64,000 nucleotides of DNA, taken from positions 32,001 to 96,000 of the IMG/VR virus record IMGVR_UViG_3300036791_001907; one strand, given 5' to 3'. A program made the translations under genes and the position numbers. Shown one piece after another: positions 10,896-21,690 of the stretch (position 1 is the stretch's first letter; every line of letters begins with the position of its first letter). The notes below the pieces were generated by a model. That model worked only from the letters and a program-made list of their open reading frames with translations. It did no database searches and was not told the DNA's origin. The stretch is from a virus.

Positions 10896-11653
10896 GGATC
10901 ACCTATCCGGAATTCCGCAGCGAGAACCTGGACTCGCGCTACCCGTTCGCCGACACGGCCACGCTCCTCTCCCGCGACAAGCTCGCCATCGATCCGGCGA
11001 TGCTCATCGACGCCGTGGTTTACCCCATTGGCGCCGCGGCGCGGCTCTACATTTCGACGATCGAGGTCTCGAACCGCCTGGTCACGATCTGGATCGGCGA
11101 CTCCACCCAGCCCCAGCTCGCGTCAGGGTCCTTTGACCCGCTGGCGCCGCTGGCCACGATCGTCCTGACGGATCCCTACGGCCGGCCGGCCGGCATGTTT
11201 GTCACTGATCCCATTCTTCTGGCCTCGGCCCAGGCGTGGCCGTCCGGCGCGCATACCTTCGATATCGGCAGCACCGAGTTCGCCGCCAGCTGCACGATCG
11301 CCACGCCGGAAGCCGGTGTCCGGGGTCTGATCACGGCGCAGGGCCCGCTGGCGGCCGGCGACGTCTGGCTGGTCGGCGAGGGGGGGATCATGATCAGCCT
11401 GGACGAGGATGGCTCGATCCGGGTCGACGTGGTGGGCGACCCGCTCTTCGCGCGCCGGCTCTGCACCCCGGTGAACCTGTTCGCCGCGCCCCGGTTCGTG
11501 CAGACGATCAATGGCGTGCCCCCCGGTCCCGACGGCGACTTCCAGATCGCCGTGGCGACCGCGAGCGCCGCCGATACGGTCCTGCGGATCATTCCCCAGC
11601 CCCCCGATACGCTGCGTATTGGCCTGGTGGGCCGGTCGGTCCAGGGAGGTTAG
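10892..11653 (+). CDS. Structural protein, paralog family member 4
   Basis: 'EFRSENLDSRYPF', 'TINGVPPGPDGDFQI'. Confidence 0.55.
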   Translation: MRITYPEFRSENLDSRYPFADTATLLSRDKLAIDPAMLIDAVVYPIGAAARLYISTIEVSNRLVTIWIGDSTQPQLASGSFDPLAPLATIVLTDPYGRPAGMFVTDPILLASAQAWPSGAHTFDIGSTEFAASCTIATPEAGVRGLITAQGPLAAGDVWLVGEGGIMISLDEDGSIRVDVVGDPLFARRLCTPVNLFAAPRFVQTINGVPPGPDGDFQIAVATASAADTVLRIIPQPPDTLRIGLVGRSVQGG

Positions 11654-11655
11654 CC

Positions 11656-12630
11656 ATGGCGCTGCCGGGGTTCTACAACGAGAACGAGGGACGGGCCTAC
11701 CCGCTGGTGCCCTTCTCCAGCGTGACGCTGGGCCCGGATGATCCCAGCCCGCCGGTCCGGATCTCACTCCCCCTGGATACCCTGATCGACTTCGGCTGCC
11801 TGGTCGGCCTCGACGCCGAGTTCGACGATGCCCGGCACGTCATCTACCTGCACGAGGTCAGGCGTACAGGCAGCCAGTTCGCATTCGACTTCCGCTCAAA
11901 TGCCCCAGGTCTCCTGGACTACGCACTCATATTCACCCGGGACGTGGCCGACGGCGAGTATGCGACCGGCTACGCCGAGGCCACACCGCTAACCGGCCCC
12001 ACGGACGCCCAGGGGCCGCTCTGGGAGGGTTTCCTGGTCACCGGGACCATGGACAGCCTCGATGTCGTGCTGCCCTGGGACGGGGCCTTGACGGCCTCCA
12101 CCGGTGCGCAGGTCGAACCGGCCCTCGTCCAGAACCTGGGTCTCAGCTACCTCCGGACGATCAACCTGGCCAACCAGGACCGCACGCATGCATTGCCACC
12201 CCCCGGCTGTCCCGGCGACACGACCACCGACGACTACGCCTACATCGTCAACGCCACCGGCCTGGCGGGCGACCTCCGGTTCAAGGAAGGCTACAACCTG
12301 TCGATCCGGCAGACGGCCCGGACCAACTCCCTGGCCTTCTCGGCGATCCAGGGCGCCGGCGCCGGCGCGCAGTGCGGGGAAGTGCCGCTCTATGCCGGCG
12401 AGCAGCCCCCCGCGGGCAGCACCCTGCTGACGGGCGGCCCATCCTGCGACGAGGTCGTGACCAGCGTCAACGGCCTGACAGCCAGTACGATCCAGCTGGT
12501 CCCCGATCTGGGCACGCAGATCATCCCGTCGCCCGATGACCCGAACACGTTGATCGTCGACTTCGACCGCAACAACATGACGGTCTGCGGTCCCATCGTG
12601 ACGATCGTCGAGGACCTGGGCGATGGCTGA
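11656..12630 (+). CDS. Structural protein, paralog family member 5
   Basis: Start moved to ATG 11656 after RBS GGAGG. '[13 protein letters not shown]', 'VTSVNG'. Confidence 0.55.
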   Translation: MALPGFYNENEGRAYPLVPFSSVTLGPDDPSPPVRISLPLDTLIDFGCLVGLDAEFDDARHVIYLHEVRRTGSQFAFDFRSNAPGLLDYALIFTRDVADGEYATGYAEATPLTGPTDAQGPLWEGFLVTGTMDSLDVVLPWDGALTASTGAQVEPALVQNLGLSYLRTINLANQDRTHALPPPGCPGDTTTDDYAYIVNATGLAGDLRFKEGYNLSIRQTARTNSLAFSAIQGAGAGAQCGEVPLYAGEQPPAGSTLLTGGPSCDEVVTSVNGLTASTIQLVPDLGTQIIPSPDDPNTLIVDFDRNNMTVCGPIVTIVEDLGDG

Positions 12631-13690
12631 TCTACCAGATCCCATCTTCGATCCCGCGAAGTGCCCGGTACCGCCCCTGGCGCCGGTCAGCACCGAGCCG
12701 TTCATCAACGACTGCACGGTGCCCGACGCGCCGGATCCGATCTTCGACTTCCCGCCGGTGATCGATATCCCGATCATCGGCCCCAGCGGTCTCCAGGGGA
12801 TGCTCGGCATTCAGGGTCCGTCCGGCCTGCAAGGTCCACAGGGACCACAGGGTCCGCAGGGACCACAGGGACCACAGGGCATCCAGGGGCCGCAGGGACT
12901 GCAAAGTCCCGAGGGACCCGCCGGTCCCATGGGACCGCAGGGTTTCCCCGGTCCCGAGGGACCAGAAGGGCCGGAGGGGCCAGAGGGTCCTGAAGGGCCA
13001 GAGGGTCCTGAAGGGCCAGAAGGGGCGGCGGGACCGGACGGATCGCCGGGACCGTCGGGACCACCAGGGGCGCAGGGGCAGCAGGGGCAGCAGGGCGCCA
13101 AGGGAGCGTCTGGGCCCCAGGGAACCCAGGGAAACAGTGGTAACCGAGGCCCGCAAGGGTTGCAGGGGAATACCGGCAACTCGGGCCCGCAGGGAACGCA
13201 GGGGAACCAGGGAAATACCGGGTCGACGGGGAACCAGGGCCCGCAGGGGAACAAGGGCCCGGACGGCTCCCAGGGGGACAAGTACGCCATCGTGCCCCTG
13301 CACGGCGGCAAGGATGACTACGTTGGCCTGTTCTGCGCCGAGATGCCCGAGTCGCGGTTCTTCGATCTCTACGACGTCAGCAACATCGATGAGGGAAGCC
13401 ACCTGGTCTGCCGGCTTGATCACCGGTTCATCGACGTCTGCGTGCCGGGCTCGATCGTGCCGGTCTCGGTGGCGCCCAACCGGCCCTGCCAGGTCGGCGT
13501 CGCGGTCAAGGACGGCGGCATCTGGATGGACATCGTCGCCAGTACGCACGGCGTGCCGACCCGCCTGACCGTGACCGTCTCGGGCATCCGCCGCGGCAAG
13601 AAGGGAGACCGGTTCCCGGCCTTCAAGGCCGATACGGCGCAGCGGAACCGGGCATTCTGGTCCCAGGCTTACGAGCCCGGAACGGACTAA
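12623..13690 (+). CDS. Collagen-like (Gly-X-Y) tail fibre/whisker protein
   Basis: Long GPQ/GPE/GNQ triplet run (about 12779-13279) between non-repetitive N- and C-terminal domains, at the end of the tail module. Confidence 0.85.
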   Translation: MADLPDPIFDPAKCPVPPLAPVSTEPFINDCTVPDAPDPIFDFPPVIDIPIIGPSGLQGMLGIQGPSGLQGPQGPQGPQGPQGPQGIQGPQGLQSPEGPAGPMGPQGFPGPEGPEGPEGPEGPEGPEGPEGPEGAAGPDGSPGPSGPPGAQGQQGQQGAKGASGPQGTQGNSGNRGPQGLQGNTGNSGPQGTQGNQGNTGSTGNQGPQGNKGPDGSQGDKYAIVPLHGGKDDYVGLFCAEMPESRFFDLYDVSNIDEGSHLVCRLDHRFIDVCVPGSIVPVSVAPNRPCQVGVAVKDGGIWMDIVASTHGVPTRLTVTVSGIRRGKKGDRFPAFKADTAQRNRAFWSQAYEPGTD

Positions 13691-13700
13691 ACATCCGCCT

Positions 13701-13713
13701 GAAAACCTGTCAT
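13701..13713 (+). promoter_or_regulatory. Repeated motif GAAAACCTGTCAT, copy 1 (putative phage promoter)
   Basis: Exact 13-mer also at 49946 and 59356, each at a gene boundary upstream of a + strand gene. Confidence 0.55.
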
Positions 13714-13779
13714 CTATGGTGAGGCCGTCCCTGGTGTGGGGCCGACCCGGTTCGCCGCCCCGATAAGGACTCTGATCCG

Positions 13780-14106
13780 ATGAAGAAGCCATCCAAGATG
13801 ATCGACCCCAAGGTGCTCAAGGTCGACATGCTGGAACTGCTCGCCAAGGCCAAGAAGAAGGGGCTGACGGTCGATGAGGCCGCCGCCCTGCTGCTCGGCC
13901 AGGAGACGTACGCGCACTACATCAAGGACAAGAAGTACGTCCATGAATGGGCCCAGTCGATGCTCCAGAAGCTCGCCAAGGAGCAGCTGGCCATCCTCAA
14001 GGACGACCGTTACGTCCTGGTGCCGACGCCGATCTTGCAGGACACGCCGCCGGCGCCGGAAGAGTATCTGCCGTCCGAGGTCGTCAAGCGCGGCAAGCAA
14101 AAGTGA
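13780..14106 (+). CDS. Hypothetical protein
   Basis: 108 aa, RBS AAGGA, phage-like codon usage. Confidence 0.65.
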   Translation: MKKPSKMIDPKVLKVDMLELLAKAKKKGLTVDEAAALLLGQETYAHYIKDKKYVHEWAQSMLQKLAKEQLAILKDDRYVLVPTPILQDTPPAPEEYLPSEVVKRGKQK

Positions 14107-14176
14107 TCGAAGGGTCGCCCCGCGTGGGGACGTCCGCTATGCTAGGCGGAACGCACTGGGGTCAGGAGGACACGCG

Positions 14177-14662
14177 ATGGCCACGACGTCTACGGTCCAG
14201 CAGTTCGGGGACGCCATGGTCGTCGCGGTCGGCGGCCTGTCGATCACGGTGTTGCCCACATTCCAGCAGGGGTATGTGCCCAACGTGGTCGACGGCTTCC
14301 GGTTTACCATCCAGATCACCGGCGCGACCCAGATGCCGACCAAGATCTTCCGCTACCGGCTGGTGCCAACCAAGATCCAGCCTGCGGTCAACCAGCCGCC
14401 TACTGCCATTGAGTACCTGGGCACGCTCGACGGCGTGTGCAGCCCAGCTGACCTGGAAGACTTCCCCGAGGACTGGCCAGTCCAGAATGCGAGACCACCA
14501 TGGTACCGGCTCGACTACGTCGACCTGATCGTCCGCAGCCGCTCGATCGCCGACCAGGCGTACCAGGCCATCCTGTTCGAGGTGCAATCGCTGGTCGATA
14601 CCCTCTACCTCATGAACCAGCAGGTCGCGGCGCCGCCGGTCACCATCACGCCGGGGGGTTGA
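14177..14662 (+). CDS. Hypothetical protein
   Basis: ATG 14177 after RBS AGGAGG. Confidence 0.65.
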   Translation: MATTSTVQQFGDAMVVAVGGLSITVLPTFQQGYVPNVVDGFRFTIQITGATQMPTKIFRYRLVPTKIQPAVNQPPTAIEYLGTLDGVCSPADLEDFPEDWPVQNARPPWYRLDYVDLIVRSRSIADQAYQAILFEVQSLVDTLYLMNQQVAAPPVTITPGG

Positions 14663-14664
14663 AC

Positions 14665-14985
14665 ATGCTGCCGGATCAGCCCCGCGGCCCCGCGCACAAC
14701 CTGGTCGTGATCGAGAACCATCTGATCGACTCGCTGGCGGCCAACGACATGTTCCGCCGCGAGTTCCCCTACCTGGCCGCGCTGGTGCGGCCCAAGACGG
14801 GCCAGGGCTGCCGCCGCTGCCCCAAGAAGCAGCGGGCCACCCTGGCCGAGTACCGCACGTTCAAGGATAACCTGGCGGCGCTCCAGCCCGAGGAGAAGAT
14901 CCGCTTCAAGCAGTTCCTGAACGCGAAGCAGGTCCGGGTCGTGCACGTCAACGCGGCCAACCGGATCACCAACCGGATCTTCTGA
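14665..14985 (+). CDS. Hypothetical protein (CxxC)
   Basis: ATG 14665 immediately after the previous stop; contains 'GCRRC'. Confidence 0.6.
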   Translation: MLPDQPRGPAHNLVVIENHLIDSLAANDMFRREFPYLAALVRPKTGQGCRRCPKKQRATLAEYRTFKDNLAALQPEEKIRFKQFLNAKQVRVVHVNAANRITNRIF

Positions 14986-15162
14986 TCCGGGATCATTGAT
15001 AGCAACCGATGAATGCGGCCTGAGGTGGGAAAACCCGCCCCAGGCCGCATGCGTTTTTCACCTAAACTTTGATCACTTTCCGGTCATATATCAGTGGACC
15101 AGCCTAGTGGCTGGATCTGCTGGCTTCATGTGAAGCCGGTGACGACAACAGGAGATCCGGCA

Positions 15163-15462
15163 ATGAAGGGACGTTTTCCGGATGTCAACCTGGCGGCCCA
15201 CTTCCTCGGCCTGGTGCCGCGGAACTCCCGTCGCCTCTGTGTTCACTGCGATGAGCTGGATGGGGAATGCCGCGTCTTGCTACCAAGAAGGCGCCGGCGT
15301 GACCTCGTCAAGCGGCTCTGCGCGCCGTGCGCGCGCCAGGTCCTGGGCTACGACCCGCTCGCGGTGACGGACAGCCAGGATGAGCTGGTGCTATGCGAAT
15401 ACATCGCGGTCTGCCTTCTCGACCGGCTCCCTGACCGGCGGACCGTGGCGTACCGCGCCTGA
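15163..15462 (+). CDS. Small Zn-finger protein
   Basis: RBS AGGAG; CxxC...CxxC. Confidence 0.5.
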   Translation: MKGRFPDVNLAAHFLGLVPRNSRRLCVHCDELDGECRVLLPRRRRRDLVKRLCAPCARQVLGYDPLAVTDSQDELVLCEYIAVCLLDRLPDRRTVAYRA

Positions 15463-15714
15463 GCGGCGCAGTGGGCCGGCCAATGATCCTCCATCTTCCG
15501 CCGCATGACGGGGAGGATCATCGACTATGGCCGGCCCATCCCAGTCACCTCGACCATCTGAGTCAGTCCCGTCCACGGGGGCTGCCGCTGGCTCCTTCTT
15601 CTTCCCTTTTGGTCGAGGTGGGGGAGAAGGCAGTCGCAGTAGGCGGCGGCCCCGTGTGTTTCTGACCTCGACCAACCTCGACCGTTTCGTTCTTTCACCT
15701 GGAGAATTCCTACC

Positions 15715-17193
15715 GTGGCTAAACGCCAACCCGCCTCGAAGTCCGTCAAGTCCACCAAGTCCACCAAGTCCACCAAGTCCATCAAGGCCAGCAGCAAGGC
15801 CTCCCGTAAACCCGCCCCGATATCGGCTCCGGAGCCGACCGTGGAGCAAACCCAGGCAGCCGCCCCGGCGCCTGGTGCAGAACCGATCGTGACGCCGGCA
15901 CCGGAACAGGCCACGGCGACGGAACAGGCCGTGGTGCCGGCCGTCACGTCGGTTGAGGAGCCGCCCGCGGATCCCGGCGACAGGCGCAATCTGCCGCGGC
16001 CGCGGTGGGCGCCCAGGCCACCGCTCAAGCGGCGGCCGCGGCCTGCCATGCGTGTGGCGCCAGCGCCCGCTCCGGCGCCGGCAGCGGCGCCGGCAGCGGC
16101 GCCGGCCGCCACGGCCGCCCCGATGTCGGCGGAGGCGGCCGGTGATAAGCTCGCGGAGGTGCTGGCTTCGGCCATGCCCGCCGAAGGCATCGCCTACGAG
16201 CCGGACAACGTGATCGAGGCCCCGTTCCAGGTGATCTCCGTCACGGACAATCCGGCTCCGTCCGCCCCGGGTCCGTTTGCCCGGGCTGGCATGGCCGGCA
16301 GGGCTGCGGCGGCGACGGCTCGGGTCGCGGCACAGCCGCAGGCGGCTCCGACAGCACAGCCGCAGGCAGCCGCGACGGCGCAGCCGCAGGCAGCTCCGAC
16401 AGCCCAGCCGCAGGCAGCCGCGACGGCGCAGCCGCAGGCGGCCCCGACCACGCCGCCGCCTGGCTTCTTCCAGTTCCGCGAGTCGCCCCTGGTCAAGGAC
16501 TTCGGGCCGATCTTCCGGTGGCTCTGGAGCGTCATCACGTGGATCGGAAAGGGCATCGCGAAGCTGGTGATCTGGCTCCGGGACAAGATCGCCACCAAGC
16601 TCCGAGCCACGGAGACGGGCCGGGCGATCGCCAGGCACCGGTACAGCATCGGGATCGCGGCGGCCGCCGTGGTCACGATGATCGCCGGGATCTGGGTGTA
16701 CCCGTGGCTCCAGATCAGCACACCCACGCTGGGCGTGCTGGCTCCCCGCGGCACGGTGGTCACGACGACCCCGTCCGGCCAGGTGGTCGTCACGAAGACC
16801 GCCGGGTCGGCCCGTCTGCCCTGGGCCGAGGTGCCTGGCCCTGGGTTCCGGCCGGACAGCCTGATCCAGGAACTGGTCGTGCGCCTCAATGGCGAGCGCG
16901 CGCCGGTGGCTCAGGTCGTCAGCGAGCTGGCCGCACAGGTCGGCAGCAACGGCTACATCGCCATGTGGGCCGAGGAGTGGCCCTGTGGCGCGGTCGACGT
17001 CCACCTGGAGGTCGAGCGCGACACAGCCCTGACGATGTTCCCCGGCATGGCGCAGATGCGTGACCAGGTCACGACCTGCTGCCGCGACGGAAGCGTCGCC
17101 GTGAAGGTCATCCATGACGGCCCCAAGCCGGCCGCCCCGTTGTCCTCGCCCGTAGTACCGGCCGCCCCCAGGGCGTTCCTGGTCAGCCAGTGA
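15715..17193 (+). CDS. Ala/Pro-rich membrane-anchored protein with internal tandem repeats
   Basis: KST repeats (9 nt) near 15748, AQPQAA(P/A)T x5 (24 nt) at about 16330-16450, hydrophobic segment 'IGIAAAAVVTMIAGIWVYPWL'. Confidence 0.65.
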   Translation: MAKRQPASKSVKSTKSTKSTKSIKASSKASRKPAPISAPEPTVEQTQAAAPAPGAEPIVTPAPEQATATEQAVVPAVTSVEEPPADPGDRRNLPRPRWAPRPPLKRRPRPAMRVAPAPAPAPAAAPAAAPAATAAPMSAEAAGDKLAEVLASAMPAEGIAYEPDNVIEAPFQVISVTDNPAPSAPGPFARAGMAGRAAAATARVAAQPQAAPTAQPQAAATAQPQAAPTAQPQAAATAQPQAAPTTPPPGFFQFRESPLVKDFGPIFRWLWSVITWIGKGIAKLVIWLRDKIATKLRATETGRAIARHRYSIGIAAAAVVTMIAGIWVYPWLQISTPTLGVLAPRGTVVTTTPSGQVVVTKTAGSARLPWAEVPGPGFRPDSLIQELVVRLNGERAPVAQVVSELAAQVGSNGYIAMWAEEWPCGAVDVHLEVERDTALTMFPGMAQMRDQVTTCCRDGSVAVKVIHDGPKPAAPLSSPVVPAAPRAFLVSQ

Positions 17194-17262
17194 TCCCAGT
17201 GACGGCGGCCGCACAGTGCGGCCGCCGTCTTGCTCTTCCCACCCTGACCAGGAGAGATCACC

Positions 17263-17616
17263 ATGATCCGCCGGTTCTTAACCAAGGCCGCCCTGATGGC
17301 GGGCTTTTGCGTCGTTTACTTGCTCGTTTACTCCGTTGCGATCAATGTATGGCCCGAGACTTACTGGTCTAACCCAGTCAAGCCTAAACCCACCTCGGTG
17401 TACATTGCCGGCTGTATCTTGTTTACCACTGTCTGGATCGCCTACACCAGCATCGTGAACACGATGATCCCGGGCATCGTGTTCCGGCATTTCCCCGAGG
17501 CGCGCTGGCTGGCCCCGGAAAAGATCGAAACCCGAACCGTGGCGCGGAGGACCATGCGATGGTCACCACGCCACGAGCCGGAACCAACGGATCTACCTGG
17601 TTCATCCCAGGTGTAG
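17263..17616 (+). CDS. Small two-TM membrane protein
   Basis: Two hydrophobic stretches; RBS AGGAG. Confidence 0.55.
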   Translation: MIRRFLTKAALMAGFCVVYLLVYSVAINVWPETYWSNPVKPKPTSVYIAGCILFTTVWIAYTSIVNTMIPGIVFRHFPEARWLAPEKIETRTVARRTMRWSPRHEPEPTDLPGSSQV

Positions 17617-17910
17617 TCCACGCCAGGGATCGGCAAACCATTGTCGCTACAACCGCTGCGGCGGTTCAAACCTCGATGCGTCGAGGTGCGGGGGACGAGT
17701 CCCCCAGGGGTACGATCGCAGACAGCTTCCCCAGCTGTCAACGATCGTATTCCCTGGGGACTCATTGCGCGCCGGCGCGCCGGCCTTTTGGTTTAGCTTT
17801 TGGCTTTAGCTATTGCCGCTCCGGCACATGCAATTGATCGCCGTGCGCCCGCCCTGTACGATGGCCGCGAGGTACCAGACAAGCTCGCAGGCCAGCGCAG
17901 GAGCAGCAAC

Positions 17911-18195
17911 ATGGGCGTCACGCTCGTCGATCAGCCGGAAGGGGGCAAGATCACCGTCAACGGGCCGAAGGCCATGGTGACCGTCGAGGCGGACACCTCG
18001 CGCGAGGTGAGCGACTCGGTCGCCCGGACCGCGGCGCTGAACGCAGCCCGTGGTTTTCTCACCCGGCCTGGCATCGCGGGTCAGAGTGGACCCTATCCCG
18101 TGGACGCGGACGGCAACCAGCTCGAGGACCTGACCAAGGGGCTCCCCGAGGGCTTCCGTTACCGTCAGGACTACACGATCCAGGAGGGCATGTGA
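17911..18195 (+). CDS. Hypothetical protein
   Basis: ATG 17911 after AGGAG; coupled to the next gene. Confidence 0.55.
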   Translation: MGVTLVDQPEGGKITVNGPKAMVTVEADTSREVSDSVARTAALNAARGFLTRPGIAGQSGPYPVDADGNQLEDLTKGLPEGFRYRQDYTIQEGM

Positions 18196-18752
18196 CTGGA
18201 AACCAGATCGAGATCCCGGCAATCCAGGCACCCAGCCTCACCGAGGCTGAGGTCCAGGCGCTCTTCCGGCTCATCATCCGGCGGCCGGCGCCGCGTCGGA
18301 ACGACGACAAGCTCACCACGGCCGAGGTGGTCCTCATCACCGCGACCAACCTCCTCAGAGGCAGTTACGGCTTCGACCTGGCATCCACGCTGGCGATCGT
18401 GAGCCGGCTCTGGCCCTGGCTCGAGGCCGACGACCAGCAGATCTTGATGTTCAATATTGTCGACCGCCGCTATGTCGGCTGGACCTGCCGGGAACACAGC
18501 ATCCTGATCGACGCGGTCACTGGCGACGAGGTGGCGCCGTCCCAGATACTATCCCGCGTACTGGAGTCGACCGCGTACAATCTCTACGAGATGCTCGACC
18601 GGCAGATGGCGCTGGTCCGCGGCGCGCGGACGTCGTTCTGGGAGGGAAAGGATGCCCCTTCGCAAACCCCATGTGGTACGGCGGCAGCAGACGGCGACGG
18701 CCTGGGAGAACCCCAAGTCGTTCGCGACGACCCTGGTGCACCTGTTCCATGA
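18192..18752 (+). CDS. Hypothetical protein
   Basis: 186 aa ORF in a + strand operon. Confidence 0.55.
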   Translation: MTGNQIEIPAIQAPSLTEAEVQALFRLIIRRPAPRRNDDKLTTAEVVLITATNLLRGSYGFDLASTLAIVSRLWPWLEADDQQILMFNIVDRRYVGWTCREHSILIDAVTGDEVAPSQILSRVLESTAYNLYEMLDRQMALVRGARTSFWEGKDAPSQTPCGTAAADGDGLGEPQVVRDDPGAPVP

Positions 18753-19419
18753 TGAGTATTTCGATCCCAGGGATCCGCCGGGAGAGAACTGCTACACCTG
18801 GCATCCCGGCACGATCCTGCTCGAGATCCGCGACGACTTCGGCGTCGAGCTGCCGCGCGCCAGCTTCGACCGGCTGATGGCGGGGATCCAGCTGGTCACG
18901 TCGGACGCCTTCTATAAGAACGCGCCGACGTTTGTCGACCTGTGCAACGTCCTGGCCGGGGGGCTGTATGACCCGGCGACATGGGACCCGGCCGACGCGA
19001 CGGAATGCGCCTGGGGGATCACCGAGGCCATGCTCCTGGCACCACCCGACGATGACGATGAGGAGCCATTCTCTGCGGAGATCCGCGGCTACTTGGGCGC
19101 AGTCCTGGACGAGGAGGGTATACTGGACCCACCCGACGTGCTCCGGATCGCGCTGCGGGACGGCGGGCTGAACCAGACCGCGCGGGTTCATTCCCAGTTC
19201 GACGATCCCGGGATCCGTGCGGCCATCACTGGAACCGAGGCTGCGAAGGTCAAGGAGATCAATGACCACGTCCGCTCAAACCTACGAATGCTGATCGGCC
19301 AGCTTGAAGCGCTTCACCTGGCGCACGGTGACGCCAGCGCGCTGGCAGGCAAACTCGCCCAGGCCATGGGCACGGAGGGATCGCAATGGTTCTCGTCGCC
19401 AAGCAGGAAAAGTACGTGA
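18652..19419 (+). CDS. Hypothetical protein
   Basis: 255 aa ORF with phage-like codon usage. Confidence 0.65.
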   Translation: MPLRKPHVVRRQQTATAWENPKSFATTLVHLFHDEYFDPRDPPGENCYTWHPGTILLEIRDDFGVELPRASFDRLMAGIQLVTSDAFYKNAPTFVDLCNVLAGGLYDPATWDPADATECAWGITEAMLLAPPDDDDEEPFSAEIRGYLGAVLDEEGILDPPDVLRIALRDGGLNQTARVHSQFDDPGIRAAITGTEAAKVKEINDHVRSNLRMLIGQLEALHLAHGDASALAGKLAQAMGTEGSQWFSSPSRKST

Positions 19420-19874
19420 TCATGAAGGGTGGCCTGTACGCCAACGTGGACCGCAAGTTCGGCGGCAAGCCCAAGGTATACACCACCCTGCGCGAGGCCC
19501 AGTACGACAACACCCACTATGCCGCGCTGCGAGCCGGCGTCATCGCGCCCTACACGGGCACGGAAGTGGCCCGGACCCCGGGCGTCGCCGCGACCACCAA
19601 GCCCCGATCGGGACCGGTGCCGCCGCCCCGGCCGGCGCGCGCCGCCGCCGGTATGGCCACCAGTGCGAAGACCGTCAAGCCCAGGGTTTCCGGTCCACCG
19701 CCTGGCACCACCAGACTCGCGCCGCCGTTGCCGTCGGGCAGACTGGTCCCACTGGGGCGCGCCGCTGCCGCCGCTCCTGTGGCCAAACCGGCGGACAAAC
19801 CGGCGGACAAGGGCAAGACCAGGAAAACGAAGACGGTCAAGGTCACGGCAACGAAGCGAACCACCAGCAAGTGA
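19386..19874 (+). CDS. Basic Lys/Ala/Pro-tailed protein (possible nucleoid-binding)
   Basis: Very basic low-complexity C-terminus; RBS GGAGG. Confidence 0.5.
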   Translation: MVLVAKQEKYVIMKGGLYANVDRKFGGKPKVYTTLREAQYDNTHYAALRAGVIAPYTGTEVARTPGVAATTKPRSGPVPPPRPARAAAGMATSAKTVKPRVSGPPPGTTRLAPPLPSGRLVPLGRAAAAAPVAKPADKPADKGKTRKTKTVKVTATKRTTSK

Positions 19875-19973
19875 CGGTGCAAGCGCTGGTCACTACGCCC
19901 GCTGCAACGGCACGCTCCGTAGCGGGCGTTTCCCTGCGCAGCTATTCTGTGGTAGGCCAAGCGAGGACCATCC

Positions 19974-21689
19974 ATGTCGATGATCAATCCGAACGTCAAG
20001 AAGCGAGTGCAGATCCTCTGGGGATCGAGTCAGACCATTGTCTCGGTGCGGACCGCCGAGGACGGCCGGTTCGTGCGCGACATCGAAACGATCATGAGCG
20101 AGACCGAACCCGAGTGCGTGCTCGTGGTCTGGGATCGGGCCCGCGGGTTCAACTGGAACCGCGTCGACAAGCACGGCTACATGCTGGAGTTCCCCTTTGG
20201 CAAGGGGGGTACCAACATCAAGGGCACCGACTTCACCAGCATGCTGGTGGCCCTGGAAACGATCGCCGTGCTGGACTCGACGAAGCTGAAGAGGGCGGTG
20301 TTCATCTTCCTGGACCCGCATGATGTCTTCGACGATCCGGTCGAGGGCCCCGCCTGCCGGCGGGTCGTCAAGACCATGGTCAATGAGCTTCAGCTCTCCC
20401 GGGCCAAGGACAAGGAGACCGGGGCTCCGGGCCATCGCCGCCAGGTGATCTTCGTCTCGCCGGGGCCGGTCCACCATGAGCTGCACGACTACGCCGTGCC
20501 CCTGGACTATCCCCGTCCCACCGAGCAGGAGCACGTGGACACGGTCGGCGTGGTCGAGAGCGGCACCGACGGCAAGAAGTGCCCGGAGGAGATCCGCCAG
20601 GCCCTGGCCGCCATCGGCGTCGGTCTGACCATGGTCCAGTTCGAGAACGCCGTGGCCGCGGCCACGCACGAGCACAAGGGCTTCTCGCCCGCGGTCCTGG
20701 ACTCGGTCGAGCGCAAGAAGGCCGATCTGATCGCCCAGCAGGGGTTCCTCACCTACGTGCCGTTCAGTGAGCTGCCCCATGAGGGTGACATCCGGGGGTT
20801 CGATGAGGTCCATGACTTCCTGGGCATGCAGGCCCAGTCCTACAAGAAGGCCGACCGGGGTCTTGATCGGCCCAAGGGCATTCTCCTGATGGGCGTGGCC
20901 GGGACCGGCAAGAGCCAGATGGGCAAGCTGGCGGCCCGGATCTTCTACACCCAGACCGGCAAGCGGTTCCCGGTCTACCTGCTCAACGTGCCGGCGCTCT
21001 TCGGCGGCATCGTCGGCCAGACCGAGGCCAACGTCCGCTGGGTCACCGAGACCCTGAGCGCGCAGGGCCACTACATGCTTGTCATCGACGAGCTGGAGAA
21101 GATGCTCGCGACCGGCGGCTACAACGGCGACAGCGGTGTCTCGCTCCGCGCCGTCGGGCAGATCCTCAACTGGCTGTCGGAGCGGGTCAGCAATCCGCTC
21201 GACCGGGGCTACATCATCGGCACCCTGAACACGATCGAGGGGATCCGCCCCGAGTTCTTCCGCCGCTTTGGCGCTGTCTTTGCCACCGATCTGCCCACGC
21301 CGGACGTCCGCCGGGAGATCATCGCCAGCCACTTCCAGCGCCGCGGGGTGGATCCCGGCAAGATCGTCGGCCTGAACGGCGCGCCCTTGACGGCGGCAGA
21401 CTGGGACGCCCTGATCACCGGCACCGAGAACTTCATCGGTTCCGAGCTGGAGGACGTGGTCGTCCAGTCCCGGGAGCTGGCCTCCTACAGCCGAGACACG
21501 GCGATCCCGGTCTTCGAGGAGATCGAGGAGACCGTGCGCAACCGGGCCCAGAACATCGTGGCCAAGACCCACAGCGACGAGGTCCAGGCCGTCCGCGAGT
21601 ACTGCCGGACGTCGGCCCGCCCGGTCCATGTGCAAAAGGCCCCGGTCCGGGGTGTGAAACGTTCACGGCAAGTTAATACAGGTGACTGA
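19974..21689 (+). CDS. AAA+ ATPase (Ycf46-like)
   Basis: 'PKGILLMGVAGTGKS' Walker A, 'LVIDELEK' Walker B, 'RPEFFRRF' SRH, 'FIGSELE' lid. Confidence 0.9.
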   Translation: MSMINPNVKKRVQILWGSSQTIVSVRTAEDGRFVRDIETIMSETEPECVLVVWDRARGFNWNRVDKHGYMLEFPFGKGGTNIKGTDFTSMLVALETIAVLDSTKLKRAVFIFLDPHDVFDDPVEGPACRRVVKTMVNELQLSRAKDKETGAPGHRRQVIFVSPGPVHHELHDYAVPLDYPRPTEQEHVDTVGVVESGTDGKKCPEEIRQALAAIGVGLTMVQFENAVAAATHEHKGFSPAVLDSVERKKADLIAQQGFLTYVPFSELPHEGDIRGFDEVHDFLGMQAQSYKKADRGLDRPKGILLMGVAGTGKSQMGKLAARIFYTQTGKRFPVYLLNVPALFGGIVGQTEANVRWVTETLSAQGHYMLVIDELEKMLATGGYNGDSGVSLRAVGQILNWLSERVSNPLDRGYIIGTLNTIEGIRPEFFRRFGAVFATDLPTPDVRREIIASHFQRRGVDPGKIVGLNGAPLTAADWDALITGTENFIGSELEDVVVQSRELASYSRDTAIPVFEEIEETVRNRAQNIVAKTHSDEVQAVREYCRTSARPVHVQKAPVRGVKRSRQVNTGD

Positions 21690-21690
21690 C

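Noticed and set aside
12779-13279. Periodic DNA in the collagen gene as a non-coding array
   Set aside because: 9-nt periodicity is fully explained by Gly-X-Y coding.
18109-18132. Reverse-complement gapped match of guide 32427-32486 to 'DGNQLEDL'
   Set aside because: Only 7 of 12 dinucleotides match; expected by chance in a window this size.
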